Virus record (IMG/VR): IMGVR_UViG_3300025266_000005
Coordinates: 3,708 to 67,707 of that record
From: a virus
DNA: 64,000 nt
Reading direction: 5' to 3' (one strand)
Shown here: piece after piece, positions 54,318-63,881 of the stretch
Position numbering within the stretch: position 1 is the first letter of the stretch
Layout of the letters: the number at the start of each line of letters is the position of its first letter
Notes under the pieces: model-generated
Database searches by the model: none
Told to the model about the DNA's origin: nothing
The model's input: the letters and a program-made list of their open reading frames with translations, nothing else
Position numbers and translations under genes: made by a program

Positions 54318-54595
54318 GAAACAACAGCCCTATCTGTTACCCTTCGCCAGTTGGTTCCGTCACTAAAGGCAGGAACAGCGCCGCCAGATTCATTACTCAC
54401 AAAGATTTGCCCGCCCAAGTTATTTGCTGCAGGCGGTAAGGTTGCTACGGTGTAAACAGGAAGCCGGACAGACTGGCCAAGCACTAAGTTATTTAACTGT
54501 GATTCGATATCATCAAAGAATGACTGCAAGCTATGAGACGCCATGCCACCATTGATAATAGCTGTGCCGTGATCGGGCTTTGTGATGATTTTCAT
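54314..54595 (-). CDS. Short tail needle/plug (gp26 position)
   Basis: 93 aa after gp10; C-terminal YTVATLP...AFSDGTNWRR knob motif. Confidence 0.55.
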   Translation of the reverse strand: MKIITKPDHGTAIINGGMASHSLQSFFDDIESQLNNLVLGQSVRLPVYTVATLPPAANNLGGQIFVSNESGGAVPAFSDGTNWRRVTDRAVVS

Positions 54596-55950
54596 CGCAG
54601 GCTCGCACTCATGTAATCAAGTGAAAACTCAATATCTTCTGTGGAGTAGATGCGCACACCCATAAAGCCTTGATAGCTACCAAGACCACCAGGCGGGTTC
54701 CAGATAAGCTTTTGTGCGTACTGACCAATACTGCCAAGGTTTCGGTATACAGGCGGGCCATAGGTCACGTTATCGCGACTCATCATGATAGCCACCGAGC
54801 CATTGGCTGCGTTATAGCCTTGCGAGATACCAAGTTCTATTTGTTGGCAGGCAAAGTAATCGCCATCTGCCTGCTCCATCGCTAAATCAATGATGTGCGT
54901 AATGCGTTCGCCGTAATCGGTATTCAGTTTGCCGATACGACCTAGTTTGTCGCTGAATGCGGTGTAATACTCGCCATCAAACTGCGTGATATAGCCCGCG
55001 CCCCATGGACGCGATACGCCATCAAAGACGGTATCCAGTAAGAACCAGTTGCCACCGAAAAAGCCGAATGAATGTCTGCGTAATGTGAATGTAGCAAGGT
55101 CATAGCCTCGCCACTTAATCCGGCCTGATATCGCCTCGGCAAGCTCTGCCTGTGTATACGTGGACAGGATTAAATCAATTGATTCGTTTGATATCTTTGG
55201 AGCCTGCCCCTGACCAATTGCATAGATGCCAAAGTCTTGATCTTTCTCGCGGCCGATAAATAGAAACGTGCTGTTATATTCCAGCAATCCGCCGATATAG
55301 CCATTTGGTATTCGCGATCCATTCACGACTCGCAAAGGGTTTGGCAATATTCCAGCATCACGAAACAGCTGGATTGAGTCCGTACCACAAATAAACAGCG
55401 TGTTGTTAAAGTTAAAGCAGGCATTGTTTTTGTCGGGCAATTCCTCAGCATCAAAGAAGCTAGGTGGCTGCACGCTCGCTGCATTACCTACATCAGATAC
55501 ATAAGCTGGATCACCATCCGCAGGAATGTAAACAAACCGGCCGTTTATGTGACAGACATCAACCGATGGCTCAATATTGGCCTCACCTGATATATCGGTC
55601 AGCGTGTCACTCGCATCAAGCGTGTAAATAGCGCCGCCTTTAACAACAATGACCGCCTCATTAAAGCCTATCGCTGTTTCAATCGCTTCAGGGCCCGCAA
55701 TCGTACCAATGACTGAATACGTGCCTGTGACAAGGTTTGTCATCTTGACCAGCTCCTGACTCAACACATGATAAAGCGCACCATTCCATACAAAGCTACC
55801 GCGTGCTACCGCATTAGTCTCAGCAATTAACTCAATTCCAGGACGTCCAATTATCTTGCCATCACCATTGTTAAAACAGTTCTGCAATACGCGGCGCGTC
55901 TTTGGCAGGTACTCAACACCTTCAAAGCCTGCCGGAAATGGGATGCGCAT
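54592..55950 (-). CDS. Tail hub / DNA stabilisation protein (P22 gp10-like)
   Basis: RPGI, AEELPD and GTDSIQLF motifs; beta-rich; synteny. Confidence 0.8.
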   Translation of the reverse strand: MRIPFPAGFEGVEYLPKTRRVLQNCFNNGDGKIIGRPGIELIAETNAVARGSFVWNGALYHVLSQELVKMTNLVTGTYSVIGTIAGPEAIETAIGFNEAVIVVKGGAIYTLDASDTLTDISGEANIEPSVDVCHINGRFVYIPADGDPAYVSDVGNAASVQPPSFFDAEELPDKNNACFNFNNTLFICGTDSIQLFRDAGILPNPLRVVNGSRIPNGYIGGLLEYNSTFLFIGREKDQDFGIYAIGQGQAPKISNESIDLILSTYTQAELAEAISGRIKWRGYDLATFTLRRHSFGFFGGNWFLLDTVFDGVSRPWGAGYITQFDGEYYTAFSDKLGRIGKLNTDYGERITHIIDLAMEQADGDYFACQQIELGISQGYNAANGSVAIMMSRDNVTYGPPVYRNLGSIGQYAQKLIWNPPGGLGSYQGFMGVRIYSTEDIEFSLDYMSASLR

Positions 55951-56396
55951 TAATCACCAATCTCTCTGCTGCCATTGATAAACACAGCTGCATGATTGCC
56001 CCGAGTGCTACCAGCACCAAGCGGCATAGTTGATGACATTTTCTTTTTTGGGATCTCGATTGATTGATACATCTTTTTAATAAATGCATAACCAATACGA
56101 GCACTACGACTAAGCTCTGGTGAAACGATTTGCTTGCCGTTTGAGAATTCTGGTGCCATGTATATGGCAAGGTTGTCGATGATACCTGCTCTGGCATCCA
56201 TGGGCTCTCCAAGTTCATCACCTGGCGCATTGAGTGGTACAGCGCCTAACTCAACGCCTATTGACTGCCACATTTGCAGCATACTGTTCAGCATATCTTT
56301 ACCAGACACTATAGCTTCTGGTGACGCTGGTGCAGCAACAGAGTGCACTCCAATCCTTTGGAGCGCTGTCTGTATGATTTCAGTTCCTGAACTCAT
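55950..56396 (-). CDS. Head-to-tail adaptor (P22 gp4-like)
   Basis: IIQTALQRIG...LNSMLQMW...NLA...MPLGAG. Confidence 0.85.
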   Translation of the reverse strand: MSSGTEIIQTALQRIGVHSVAAPASPEAIVSGKDMLNSMLQMWQSIGVELGAVPLNAPGDELGEPMDARAGIIDNLAIYMAPEFSNGKQIVSPELSRSARIGYAFIKKMYQSIEIPKKKMSSTMPLGAGSTRGNHAAVFINGSREIGD

Positions 56397-56656
56397 TACT
56401 CAGCCTCAAGCATGGATTTGACTTTTTCACGGGCTTTTTCCAGGCCAATGTTTGCCGCCATCTTTTGGCCCATATCTTTTGCAATCTGATGTAACTGTGG
56501 CAATTCCATTTCATCAACAGACTGCAAGGCTTCTGCTTCTGCTTCTGCTTCTAAATCATCATCCTTGGTATCTGGTTTTTTATCCCACCCTTTAGGCAAA
56601 GCTCCTTCATGCCACTTCTGCTTACCATCTTTGTAGCCTAGAATTAATACGGGCAT
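56396..56656 (-). CDS. Small protein after coat gene
   Basis: 86 aa, acidic linker, helical HeH-like tail. Confidence 0.5.
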   Translation of the reverse strand: MPVLILGYKDGKQKWHEGALPKGWDKKPDTKDDDLEAEAEAEALQSVDEMELPQLHQIAKDMGQKMAANIGLEKAREKVKSMLEAE

Positions 56657-56669
56657 TTCTATTCCCCTT

Positions 56670-56705
56670 AAAACGACAAAGGGAGCCGAAGCTCCCTATT
56701 GTCGA
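56670..56705 (-). terminator. Terminator after coat gene
   Basis: CGACAATAGGGAGC-TTCG-GCTCCCTTTGTCG followed by TTTT. Confidence 0.8.
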
Positions 56706-56719
56706 GGTTTGTTAAGTGA

Positions 56720-57967
56720 TTAAGATTGACCGCCGATCAAGATGCCGTTTTTCTCAGGGTGCTTATTAGTCACGCCGAAGAAGATGGTCATACGATAGGT
56801 TGTCTTGCCGGTGAACACATCAGATGAGCGGGCAAACAGAATTTCAATGCCTGACTCAGTTGTCATACGCTCAACGGCTACGTTAGGCGCTGCATCAAAC
56901 ACCAGATTACCGCCGAACACTTCAATAGAGTCATTGGTAAAGAAGATGTTTGATTGAGCCGCTGTTGTGTTCAACCAAGTCAGCGCCACGCCATCTGCTG
57001 CAGGAGCCGAGCAGTTTGCGTAATCATCTTCAAGGTTGCTGTTTCCATCATTCACCACAATAGCGGGCGCAATCTTCAACGTAGTTCCGTTAACAACTTC
57101 TTTCACGGTGAACGTTTTCAATTGCTGCGTATTGTTTTTATTGATGTGTGACAGAGCGTTAACACCAGCGATAGTGAACTTATCACCAGCCGCAACACCA
57201 GCCGTATTATCTACGGTCAGATTCATGAAGCGGTTATCCACTTTTGATTCTTCGCCTGTTGATGCGGTCGATGTTGCTACCGGAACGTAACGCTGAGTAC
57301 CGCCAACCAGAGTCGCGCCACCTGCAGCAGCAGCCACAGTTGGAGCAAACGAGCTACGGAACGTGTTAAAGCCAGCAATACGTCCAAGCTCGCTCTCGCT
57401 TAATGCTTTTTCAGAGCGATTCATTAGCGTGCGTTTCGCCAGATCGCCCGACATACGGTTGTAATCCCGTGGCGCAAGCACCATGGTTTTTTCCATATCG
57501 GACAAATCATTTTCAAGCATCAATGCTTCAACCAGAGAAACATCATCATATCCAGCCAATACTGTTGACTGAGCAACAGTCAAAGAGCCTTCAATGTTGA
57601 CCTTGTTAGCCATTGCGCGGTTAACAAATGCAGATAACGCCTGCGCGCCACTTTTAGCCTTACGTTCCCGATAAGATGGATCGCGAAGCTCCAAGGCATT
57701 CAGCTGCCAAGGTACGTTCTCAATGTTGGATAAGGTTGCAGGCACCTGGAACTCACCGATATCACCAATTTTGCCGGTAATATCCAAACCAGATACCGTG
57801 GTTGAAATCATAGGCACATCACGCCAGACAGTATCGCCTTGACGCTGCATATTTCCTTCCGGTTGCGTGAAGAACTCAGCTTGCTTAGCAACGGTATTGT
57901 CACTGTCAAACTGCTTCACAACTTCTTCGATGAGGGAGACCTCATCTTTATTTAGCTTATTAGCCAT
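56720..57967 (-). CDS. Major capsid protein (P22 coat family)
   Basis: MQRQGDTVWR, ELRD, AGDKFTIAGV I-domain and PEKNG motifs. Confidence 0.9.
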   Translation of the reverse strand: MANKLNKDEVSLIEEVVKQFDSDNTVAKQAEFFTQPEGNMQRQGDTVWRDVPMISTTVSGLDITGKIGDIGEFQVPATLSNIENVPWQLNALELRDPSYRERKAKSGAQALSAFVNRAMANKVNIEGSLTVAQSTVLAGYDDVSLVEALMLENDLSDMEKTMVLAPRDYNRMSGDLAKRTLMNRSEKALSESELGRIAGFNTFRSSFAPTVAAAAGGATLVGGTQRYVPVATSTASTGEESKVDNRFMNLTVDNTAGVAAGDKFTIAGVNALSHINKNNTQQLKTFTVKEVVNGTTLKIAPAIVVNDGNSNLEDDYANCSAPAADGVALTWLNTTAAQSNIFFTNDSIEVFGGNLVFDAAPNVAVERMTTESGIEILFARSSDVFTGKTTYRMTIFFGVTNKHPEKNGILIGGQS

Positions 57968-57978
57968 GGGACTTTCCC

Positions 57979-58908
57979 TTATTTAGAAGCGCCCAAAATC
58001 TGCTTCTTACGGTCAAGGTATTGCTGCATCGTGATAGCACCTTTCTCATACTGCTTAAACGCTGCACTAATCTTGGCTTCAGTGGCATTTGCTCCCGGCT
58101 CCGCTCCTTCAAGCGGGTCAACCGGGTTTGGGCTGAATGATTTGCTTGGCTTCAGTTTCAATGATTCTGAGAGCCGACCTATTTCAGCAGCACCACGAAT
58201 AGGATTGGTTTGAATTAAATCAGCGAGTCGCCGGGCTTCCTTCTCGTTCTTGCCGAGGTGGTAAACCAGCGCATGTGAGTCTTCATCAAAATTAGCAATG
58301 ATGTGATTCACATTGTCTTCACCCAGGATTTCCATCACCTTATCTTCTGACACGTCATAATCTTTCACTTCAAGCGTTAAGGCGCGCTCATAATGCCCCC
58401 GCTGCTTTTGCTCCAGCTCTTGACGTTTCGCCGCTTCTTGCTGCTGCTGTAAGGTGTTGTTCTGGCTTTCCTGGTATCGCTGATGCGCCGCTTCTTCTGC
58501 TTTTTTAATGAGGTACGATTCATGCGCTTTTCTGAACGCTGGATCGTATTCCCCACCATCAAAGTCATCAGGGTTTGGCGCTGCATCTGGTTTGGGCTGT
58601 TGCGTGCGTTGCTGTACCGCTAACTCTAAAAGCTTGTTCTTCTGCCTTAAGAGCTCCAGTTCAGTTTTAGCCGCTTCAGCTTCTTCAGATACCTTTTCCA
58701 CTTTGCGATTAGCTCTTGCCACTCGCTTTTGGATCCAATCTGTTTTATGTTGCTGCTTGTCTTGAGGCTGCGTATCTTCCTCACCCTGACCATCGCCTTC
58801 CGCTTCATTCTCGTCAGCTTCTTCCGACTCAATCTCTTCGGTTTCCACTTCCTCAAATTCATTTTCTTCAGGCGTGTTTTGGTCTAGGTTTTCCGCTTCT
58901 GTGCCCAT
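57979..58908 (-). CDS. Scaffolding protein
   Basis: Acidic N-terminus, PNPDDF, LVYHLGKN...EIGRL; position before coat. Confidence 0.85.
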   Translation of the reverse strand: MGTEAENLDQNTPEENEFEEVETEEIESEEADENEAEGDGQGEEDTQPQDKQQHKTDWIQKRVARANRKVEKVSEEAEAAKTELELLRQKNKLLELAVQQRTQQPKPDAAPNPDDFDGGEYDPAFRKAHESYLIKKAEEAAHQRYQESQNNTLQQQQEAAKRQELEQKQRGHYERALTLEVKDYDVSEDKVMEILGEDNVNHIIANFDEDSHALVYHLGKNEKEARRLADLIQTNPIRGAAEIGRLSESLKLKPSKSFSPNPVDPLEGAEPGANATEAKISAAFKQYEKGAITMQQYLDRKKQILGASK

Positions 58909-58971
58909 GTTTTTACCTCTAATGGTGTGTGAGTGTGTGCGAATATGCACCCGGCTTAAAGTCGCCGTGAC

Positions 58972-61026
58972 TTAATTCAGACCTCGCGCTTGGCCTAAAA
59001 CTTGATTGCGGATCTCCATCAGCCCTTTGCTATATTCCATCTTGGTTTTAGTCTGGCTGTTTTGTATGTCCGCGAATATTTCTTGTGTTTCTGCTGCCTT
59101 CTTCTCAGCACTGGCAATTTTCTCGATAGAGCTAGCATCAAGGTTTTTAGCCTCTGCTATTTGCTGAGCGGCTGCAGCTTCCATTAATTTCTGATTCGGA
59201 TCTTCTTGTGGCTGTGTTGCCTGGGCGAGCCATTCTTTTTCTTCATCCGTTTGCGGCTCAATCAAGCTCTGCAACATCATTTGCTTGCGGTTAAACTCTT
59301 TTAGTGGACCCATACCCACACCACTTGCGTTATCCAGCATGGTGGAGATAATGACGTCCAGATATTTTTCGCCCGCCGCCGTGCCCTTCAGTGTTTCTGA
59401 GATACCTTTCAAGTCTTCAACTGTTTGCTCTTTCATGCTGCCGTATTCTGGACCTACATCAGCATGAGCCCGGAAACGTTTGCCACGTAATGTGTTCGCT
59501 TCAATCAAGCGGCCTGTTTTTGGATCAGCAATGACCTTAAACAGGGTTTCTTTACCCTCTGAGCCATCCTTGCCAAGCGTTCTAACCATCTGTTTGGTGC
59601 TGTAGATATCTGATGCAATAGATTGGTACAAGTCACCAGCAGCAACGAATGATTTCTCAATGTTGTGCCGTATGCTTTGCGTGGTCAGATTGCGTTGTTT
59701 GATCATTGCGTTGATGGCCTTGCCGGACGCATCTGGATCTAACGTGTCCTGTGGTGCGCCACCTGTCACTTCACGCAGGAAGTTAGGAATAATCTCAATC
59801 AATTCTGATGTGCTTTGGTCAAGCATTGGTGGCTTGTTGTAGCCAATTGGACCCGATGAAACGATATTGCCATCACCATCTGTCAATGGGTCAACATACA
59901 AAAACGGTTTATTGTTCTTGTCAGCCCAAAGCTGAGCAACATCCTGAGCTTCTATCTGCTCACGGCCAAAGATAGGTACTTCCTGTCCAGCTGATGCAGC
60001 ATTTTCGACCAACTGATTCATCTGCACGTTAAATGACCGACAAGGATCCTTAATGGGGCGAATCAAGCCGAAGTAGTACTCAACGCCGTTAATAAATGCA
60101 CGATAGGCGTACATCGGGATAATCGGTAATCTAGTTCCCGCTATCTGGCGCGGCTCTTCAATAAACTCGTTACCAACAAAGCGCGACATCATTACCTTAC
60201 GGCTGATGATTTTTCTTTCTTTTACAAACCGATGCGTTTGACTGCTTTTTAGCTCATCCTTAATCAGTTCGTGATCGTCTTTGCTGTACATTTCCACCTG
60301 ACCAGATGCCAGGTTGTTGTAGATATATACAGGCTCTTTCTTTTTAACTATCTCGTAACGTGTCGCAACATACACTTCATTCGCTGAGCCGTTCTCATTC
60401 AGATAGCTGCGGTCTTGTGGCGTATAAGCTGAAGATGGCTCAACATCCGGAAACTCACTCTCAAACGCGTCTATAGTGTATGGCGTAAGCTCTGTTACCC
60501 ATCGTGCGTCCTGCTTATCTGCACGCCTTGCTGAGCGGTCATAAAATACGGAATTGTAGGCGTTATGAATTGGACGCCAGACAATCTTCTGTAACTCGTT
60601 CTCAGGGTCTTCCTCGTCCCGGTACTCGGTAAACATGCCATAAGCGCCAAAACCACAAGTCGCGCACTCATCAATCGCCGTCTCTACAGCTTCACGGCCT
60701 GAGTTATCGCGAAAGTCGGCGCGGTAAATGCCAGACAGTAGCTCTGCATCATCATCGGTTGTTGCGTCATCGTCTGGATCGTATTCAACACCCAAACGAC
60801 TGAGACTGTATTCACCGACAAACTTATTCTTTACCTGTGATGCGTAATCAAATTGAAGCCTTGCACGCCCTTGAAACTCCTTCTCAAGAAAGTTTTCCCA
60901 CTGCCCACCGTCAACGTAGATAAAGCGCATGTCTTCATCTGCTTTGTCCCGCTGTTCTGAGAGAATATCAGCGTCTTTAGCAATGTCCCGCTTGAAGCGG
61001 TCGAGCATTTCTAATTCTTCTTCCAC
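58972..61026 (-). CDS. Portal protein (P22 family)
   Basis: GGQW, IPMYAYR...GLIRPIKDP and SGKAI motifs, barrel-like C-terminal coil. Confidence 0.9.
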   Translation of the reverse strand: MEEELEMLDRFKRDIAKDADILSEQRDKADEDMRFIYVDGGQWENFLEKEFQGRARLQFDYASQVKNKFVGEYSLSRLGVEYDPDDDATTDDDAELLSGIYRADFRDNSGREAVETAIDECATCGFGAYGMFTEYRDEEDPENELQKIVWRPIHNAYNSVFYDRSARRADKQDARWVTELTPYTIDAFESEFPDVEPSSAYTPQDRSYLNENGSANEVYVATRYEIVKKKEPVYIYNNLASGQVEMYSKDDHELIKDELKSSQTHRFVKERKIISRKVMMSRFVGNEFIEEPRQIAGTRLPIIPMYAYRAFINGVEYYFGLIRPIKDPCRSFNVQMNQLVENAASAGQEVPIFGREQIEAQDVAQLWADKNNKPFLYVDPLTDGDGNIVSSGPIGYNKPPMLDQSTSELIEIIPNFLREVTGGAPQDTLDPDASGKAINAMIKQRNLTTQSIRHNIEKSFVAAGDLYQSIASDIYSTKQMVRTLGKDGSEGKETLFKVIADPKTGRLIEANTLRGKRFRAHADVGPEYGSMKEQTVEDLKGISETLKGTAAGEKYLDVIISTMLDNASGVGMGPLKEFNRKQMMLQSLIEPQTDEEKEWLAQATQPQEDPNQKLMEAAAAQQIAEAKNLDASSIEKIASAEKKAAETQEIFADIQNSQTKTKMEYSKGLMEIRNQVLGQARGLN

Positions 61027-62484
61027 TTAAAATCTCTTCAGGTTAGGGATGGTGATTGGTTTTCGTATTTTTATGGCTCTTGCTGTCTGCACTTTCTGAA
61101 TTGCATCAAACATTGGATCAAGCTGATCGTCATGCGCCCCACTTGGGAAGCTCTCAGACTCACTTAGAAAATCGGATAGGTAATCTGCCACTTCCGGCAA
61201 TAGAACGTTGCCTGACTCAATGAATGGGGCTGCGTCATAGCCGCGCGTTATCTTGTCTACGTTGCGCTGTATTGGCAGGACTGGAATGCCCTCACGCCGT
61301 AACGTTTGAATCAATCCTGTGCCGCTTGCTTTGTCTTCAACGTTAAGTGCTCGCGGTGCAACCTTGCGGCCTAAGTGCTTTAACCAGAATGAACGGGTTT
61401 GAACTAATAACTCTGGTGCTTCCCATTTGCCGCGCTTTAAGTCTAGCAATACAGCCTGGCCGTTTATGGTCCTACCCCAAAGCTCAAGGACGCTGAAATC
61501 GTTTTCTTCCTTGGTCTTCATTGCTGTATCAGCAAAGACCTCGCAAAACTCAATCTCTGGCTCTTCAAGGTAGTACTGATACCACTGCGTTTTGATAATG
61601 CCGCCGCCGCGTGGTGCTGGTTGCTGCTGTAATTGTCCAGCCGCACCATAACTGCCCAATGTTTTTTCAAGCTCTTGAACTTGTTCCTCGTCAAACCGCT
61701 CAGGGAACATCAGCTCGCCTTCTTCGGTTCGTGGGTCTTTCCACCCGATAGAGGTTTTACATATTCGTGTTGGGTCAAAGCGCATCGGAATAAACAGATG
61801 CTCATACTTGAGACCCATATCCAGAATGACTCCTGACGTATCTTTCTCGTTGAGCCGCTGCATGATTACAACAATTGCTGACTTGCTGGAGTTGATCCGA
61901 GTCGGCAATGTTTCGGTAAACGCTATGCGTGCAGCTTCAAGCTTTAAATCACTGTTTGCACTGTCTGCGCTAATAGGGTCATCGAGTATTACTCTGTCAC
62001 CACGCACACCAGTCATTGATGTGAATGAGCGTGCTTGCCTTACACCTTTACGGGTATTGCCAAACTCACGCTTACCATCAAGTGATGGGTCAAGACCTAT
62101 CGTCCAAAGGCTTTGATACCAATCTGACTTGATGAGATCGCGACATTTACGGCTATCACGTATTGCAAGCGTTTCTTCATGCGCCGTACCAATGAAACGC
62201 ATTTCAGGTAAACCTTTCGGCCCCCATTCCCACGCTGGCCAGATAACGCCAGTAAGCAGGCTTTTCATTGTGCCTGGCGGGACATTCATCAGTAGACGGT
62301 TAATGCGCCCATCTGTGACCGCTTCAAGGTGCAAGCAGATAGCATCTAAAGCCCAACCCCACTTTAGTTCTGCAACAGGCTCTAATACCTTCCACGCACG
62401 CTTAGCAAACTCAGCAAGAGAGCGTGAACATAACTCCCTTTCAATTGCTAATAAATCATCCTGCGTCAGAACTGGTGTGTTCAT
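61027..62484 (-). CDS. Terminase large subunit
   Basis: NVPPGTMKS, ILDDP, MQRL, QQQPAP, EDKASG and FPSGAHDDQLD motifs. Confidence 0.9.
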   Translation of the reverse strand: MNTPVLTQDDLLAIERELCSRSLAEFAKRAWKVLEPVAELKWGWALDAICLHLEAVTDGRINRLLMNVPPGTMKSLLTGVIWPAWEWGPKGLPEMRFIGTAHEETLAIRDSRKCRDLIKSDWYQSLWTIGLDPSLDGKREFGNTRKGVRQARSFTSMTGVRGDRVILDDPISADSANSDLKLEAARIAFTETLPTRINSSKSAIVVIMQRLNEKDTSGVILDMGLKYEHLFIPMRFDPTRICKTSIGWKDPRTEEGELMFPERFDEEQVQELEKTLGSYGAAGQLQQQPAPRGGGIIKTQWYQYYLEEPEIEFCEVFADTAMKTKEENDFSVLELWGRTINGQAVLLDLKRGKWEAPELLVQTRSFWLKHLGRKVAPRALNVEDKASGTGLIQTLRREGIPVLPIQRNVDKITRGYDAAPFIESGNVLLPEVADYLSDFLSESESFPSGAHDDQLDPMFDAIQKVQTARAIKIRKPITIPNLKRF

Positions 62485-63001
62485 AAGCCTTCATCAGTTC
62501 TTGAAGTGTTTCAGTGCTTAGTTTTGATGCGTCTAATCCGGCCTTAGGCGTCATACTTCCATCTGGTGATTGGTGGTCTAAACTCACCTTATCGCCATAG
62601 GCTTTTGGCTTAAGTTTTGACATCAACCATTTGCGTGACTCAATACGAAGCTTTGACCGCTGAATGTGTTCGTGATCGACAACCTCCATATCGTTATCGC
62701 CACGCGTAACAGTCATGTAATCGTTCTTGCCTTCATCGGCTATATCAAGGATTTCCTCAGCCATGTAATCAGCTTGCAACTCTTTCGCGCGCGTGTATTT
62801 GTCGGCAATTGACTTGTCTTCAACGATCCACTCCATAATCGTCTGACGTGTTGGCATTTCATGTGGTGCTGTTTTAACGATGGACTCAATACCTAATGAT
62901 GTTGTGGCAACTTTCTGAAACACATACTCAACAACTTTATCTCTATGCCATTCCTTCTTGTTTTTACGCATAGGGTTACTATTAACGGCCACTACGCCCA
63001 T
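62456..63001 (-). CDS. Terminase small subunit (Sf6 gp1-like); start may be 62971
   Basis: YTRAKELQADYMAEEILDIAD...RKWLMSKLKPKAYGDK. Confidence 0.85.
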   Translation of the reverse strand: MGVVAVNSNPMRKNKKEWHRDKVVEYVFQKVATTSLGIESIVKTAPHEMPTRQTIMEWIVEDKSIADKYTRAKELQADYMAEEILDIADEGKNDYMTVTRGDNDMEVVDHEHIQRSKLRIESRKWLMSKLKPKAYGDKVSLDHQSPDGSMTPKAGLDASKLSTETLQELMKAYEHTSSDAG

Positions 63002-63282
63002 CCTTTAGTGATCTGCACCCGTTTAACGGCATCGACTGTCCAGTTTGGAAGTGTCGCTGTTCTTACGAGATACCAAAGCCCAACATCAAGTGATGCTGTT
63101 TCTTCTGGTGTCAGGATAAATTCAATTTTGCTGTTGATGGCTGAGCCTTCTTTCTCAATAACAGGATCGCTTCCAGGAAACTGCTTTACCTCAAACGTGT
63201 AAATTGCATCTTCAAATACACCGCAAGCATCGGCTATAAAGTAATAGCTGGTTCCTTGTGGGATTTGGTCTGGTGCTGGCAT
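62992..63282 (-). CDS. Small beta-sandwich protein (BppU-N-like pattern)
   Basis: IPQGTS...LTPEETASLDVGLWY pattern. Confidence 0.45.
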   Translation of the reverse strand: MPAPDQIPQGTSYYFIADACGVFEDAIYTFEVKQFPGSDPVIEKEGSAINSKIEFILTPEETASLDVGLWYLVRTATLPNWTVDAVKRVQITKGWA

Positions 63283-63557
63283 TAGCCGTTAGCCTGATTC
63301 TTACGTGAGTATTCGATTTTTGTCGCAACGGTAAACGTTAAGGTTTTCGCGTCACTAGGAACGCCGCGCACAGTCCCCTGAAGTAGCTCTACCGGCGCAT
63401 CAAAATTTCCGGTATCGTACTCGTAAACACAGTCAGCGGTAGGCGCCCAAAAAGTAATATTTGAAAGGTCATGAGTTAAAGCTGCCGCATTACTGCCGCC
63501 AGGCACAAAAGCTTGCGCTACCTGACCGTTTAGCTTGCTAAAATCTTCATCTGCCAT
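63282..63557 (-). CDS. Small beta-rich protein (possible capsid vertex/spike base)
   Basis: 91 aa, GAGG RBS, beta-strand pattern. Confidence 0.45.
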   Translation of the reverse strand: MADEDFSKLNGQVAQAFVPGGSNAAALTHDLSNITFWAPTADCVYEYDTGNFDAPVELLQGTVRGVPSDAKTLTFTVATKIEYSRKNQANG

Positions 63558-63569
63558 GGTTGGCCTCGT

Positions 63570-63881
63570 TTATAAATTAAATTCTTGCTTTGTTATCGGA
63601 GTTTTCTTGTGTCCCGCATTACAGGCATCAAATATCAGTTCAAATACCTGGTCAGGACTAAATTCAATAGATGCTTCGTGGTAGACCAGATAGGCAATGC
63701 CTAACAGGTTGTGGTAGCCCTCATCGTCTTTGTAGATTTTCTGTGTTTTGGCTTGAAAGGTTTCCCAGTCATCGCCTTCATGTCTGGCTTCCTGTACTCG
63801 GCTTGCGACACCCGCTTGATAAATGCATTGATCTTGAATTTGCTGTTGGCTTAATACGACTGCAAAGAGTAATTCGATCAT
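63570..63881 (-). CDS. Hypothetical protein, homologue of 20667-20978
   Basis: MIELLFAVVLSQQQIQDQCIYQAGVAS aligns with the copy in prophage A. Confidence 0.7.
   Translation of the reverse strand: MIELLFAVVLSQQQIQDQCIYQAGVASRVQEARHEGDDWETFQAKTQKIYKDDEGYHNLLGIAYLVYHEASIEFSPDQVFELIFDACNAGHKKTPITKQEFNL

Noticed and set aside
56529-56552. (GCTTCT)x4 as a phase-variation tract
   Set aside because: In-frame hexamer encoding an EA linker; slippage would not change the frame
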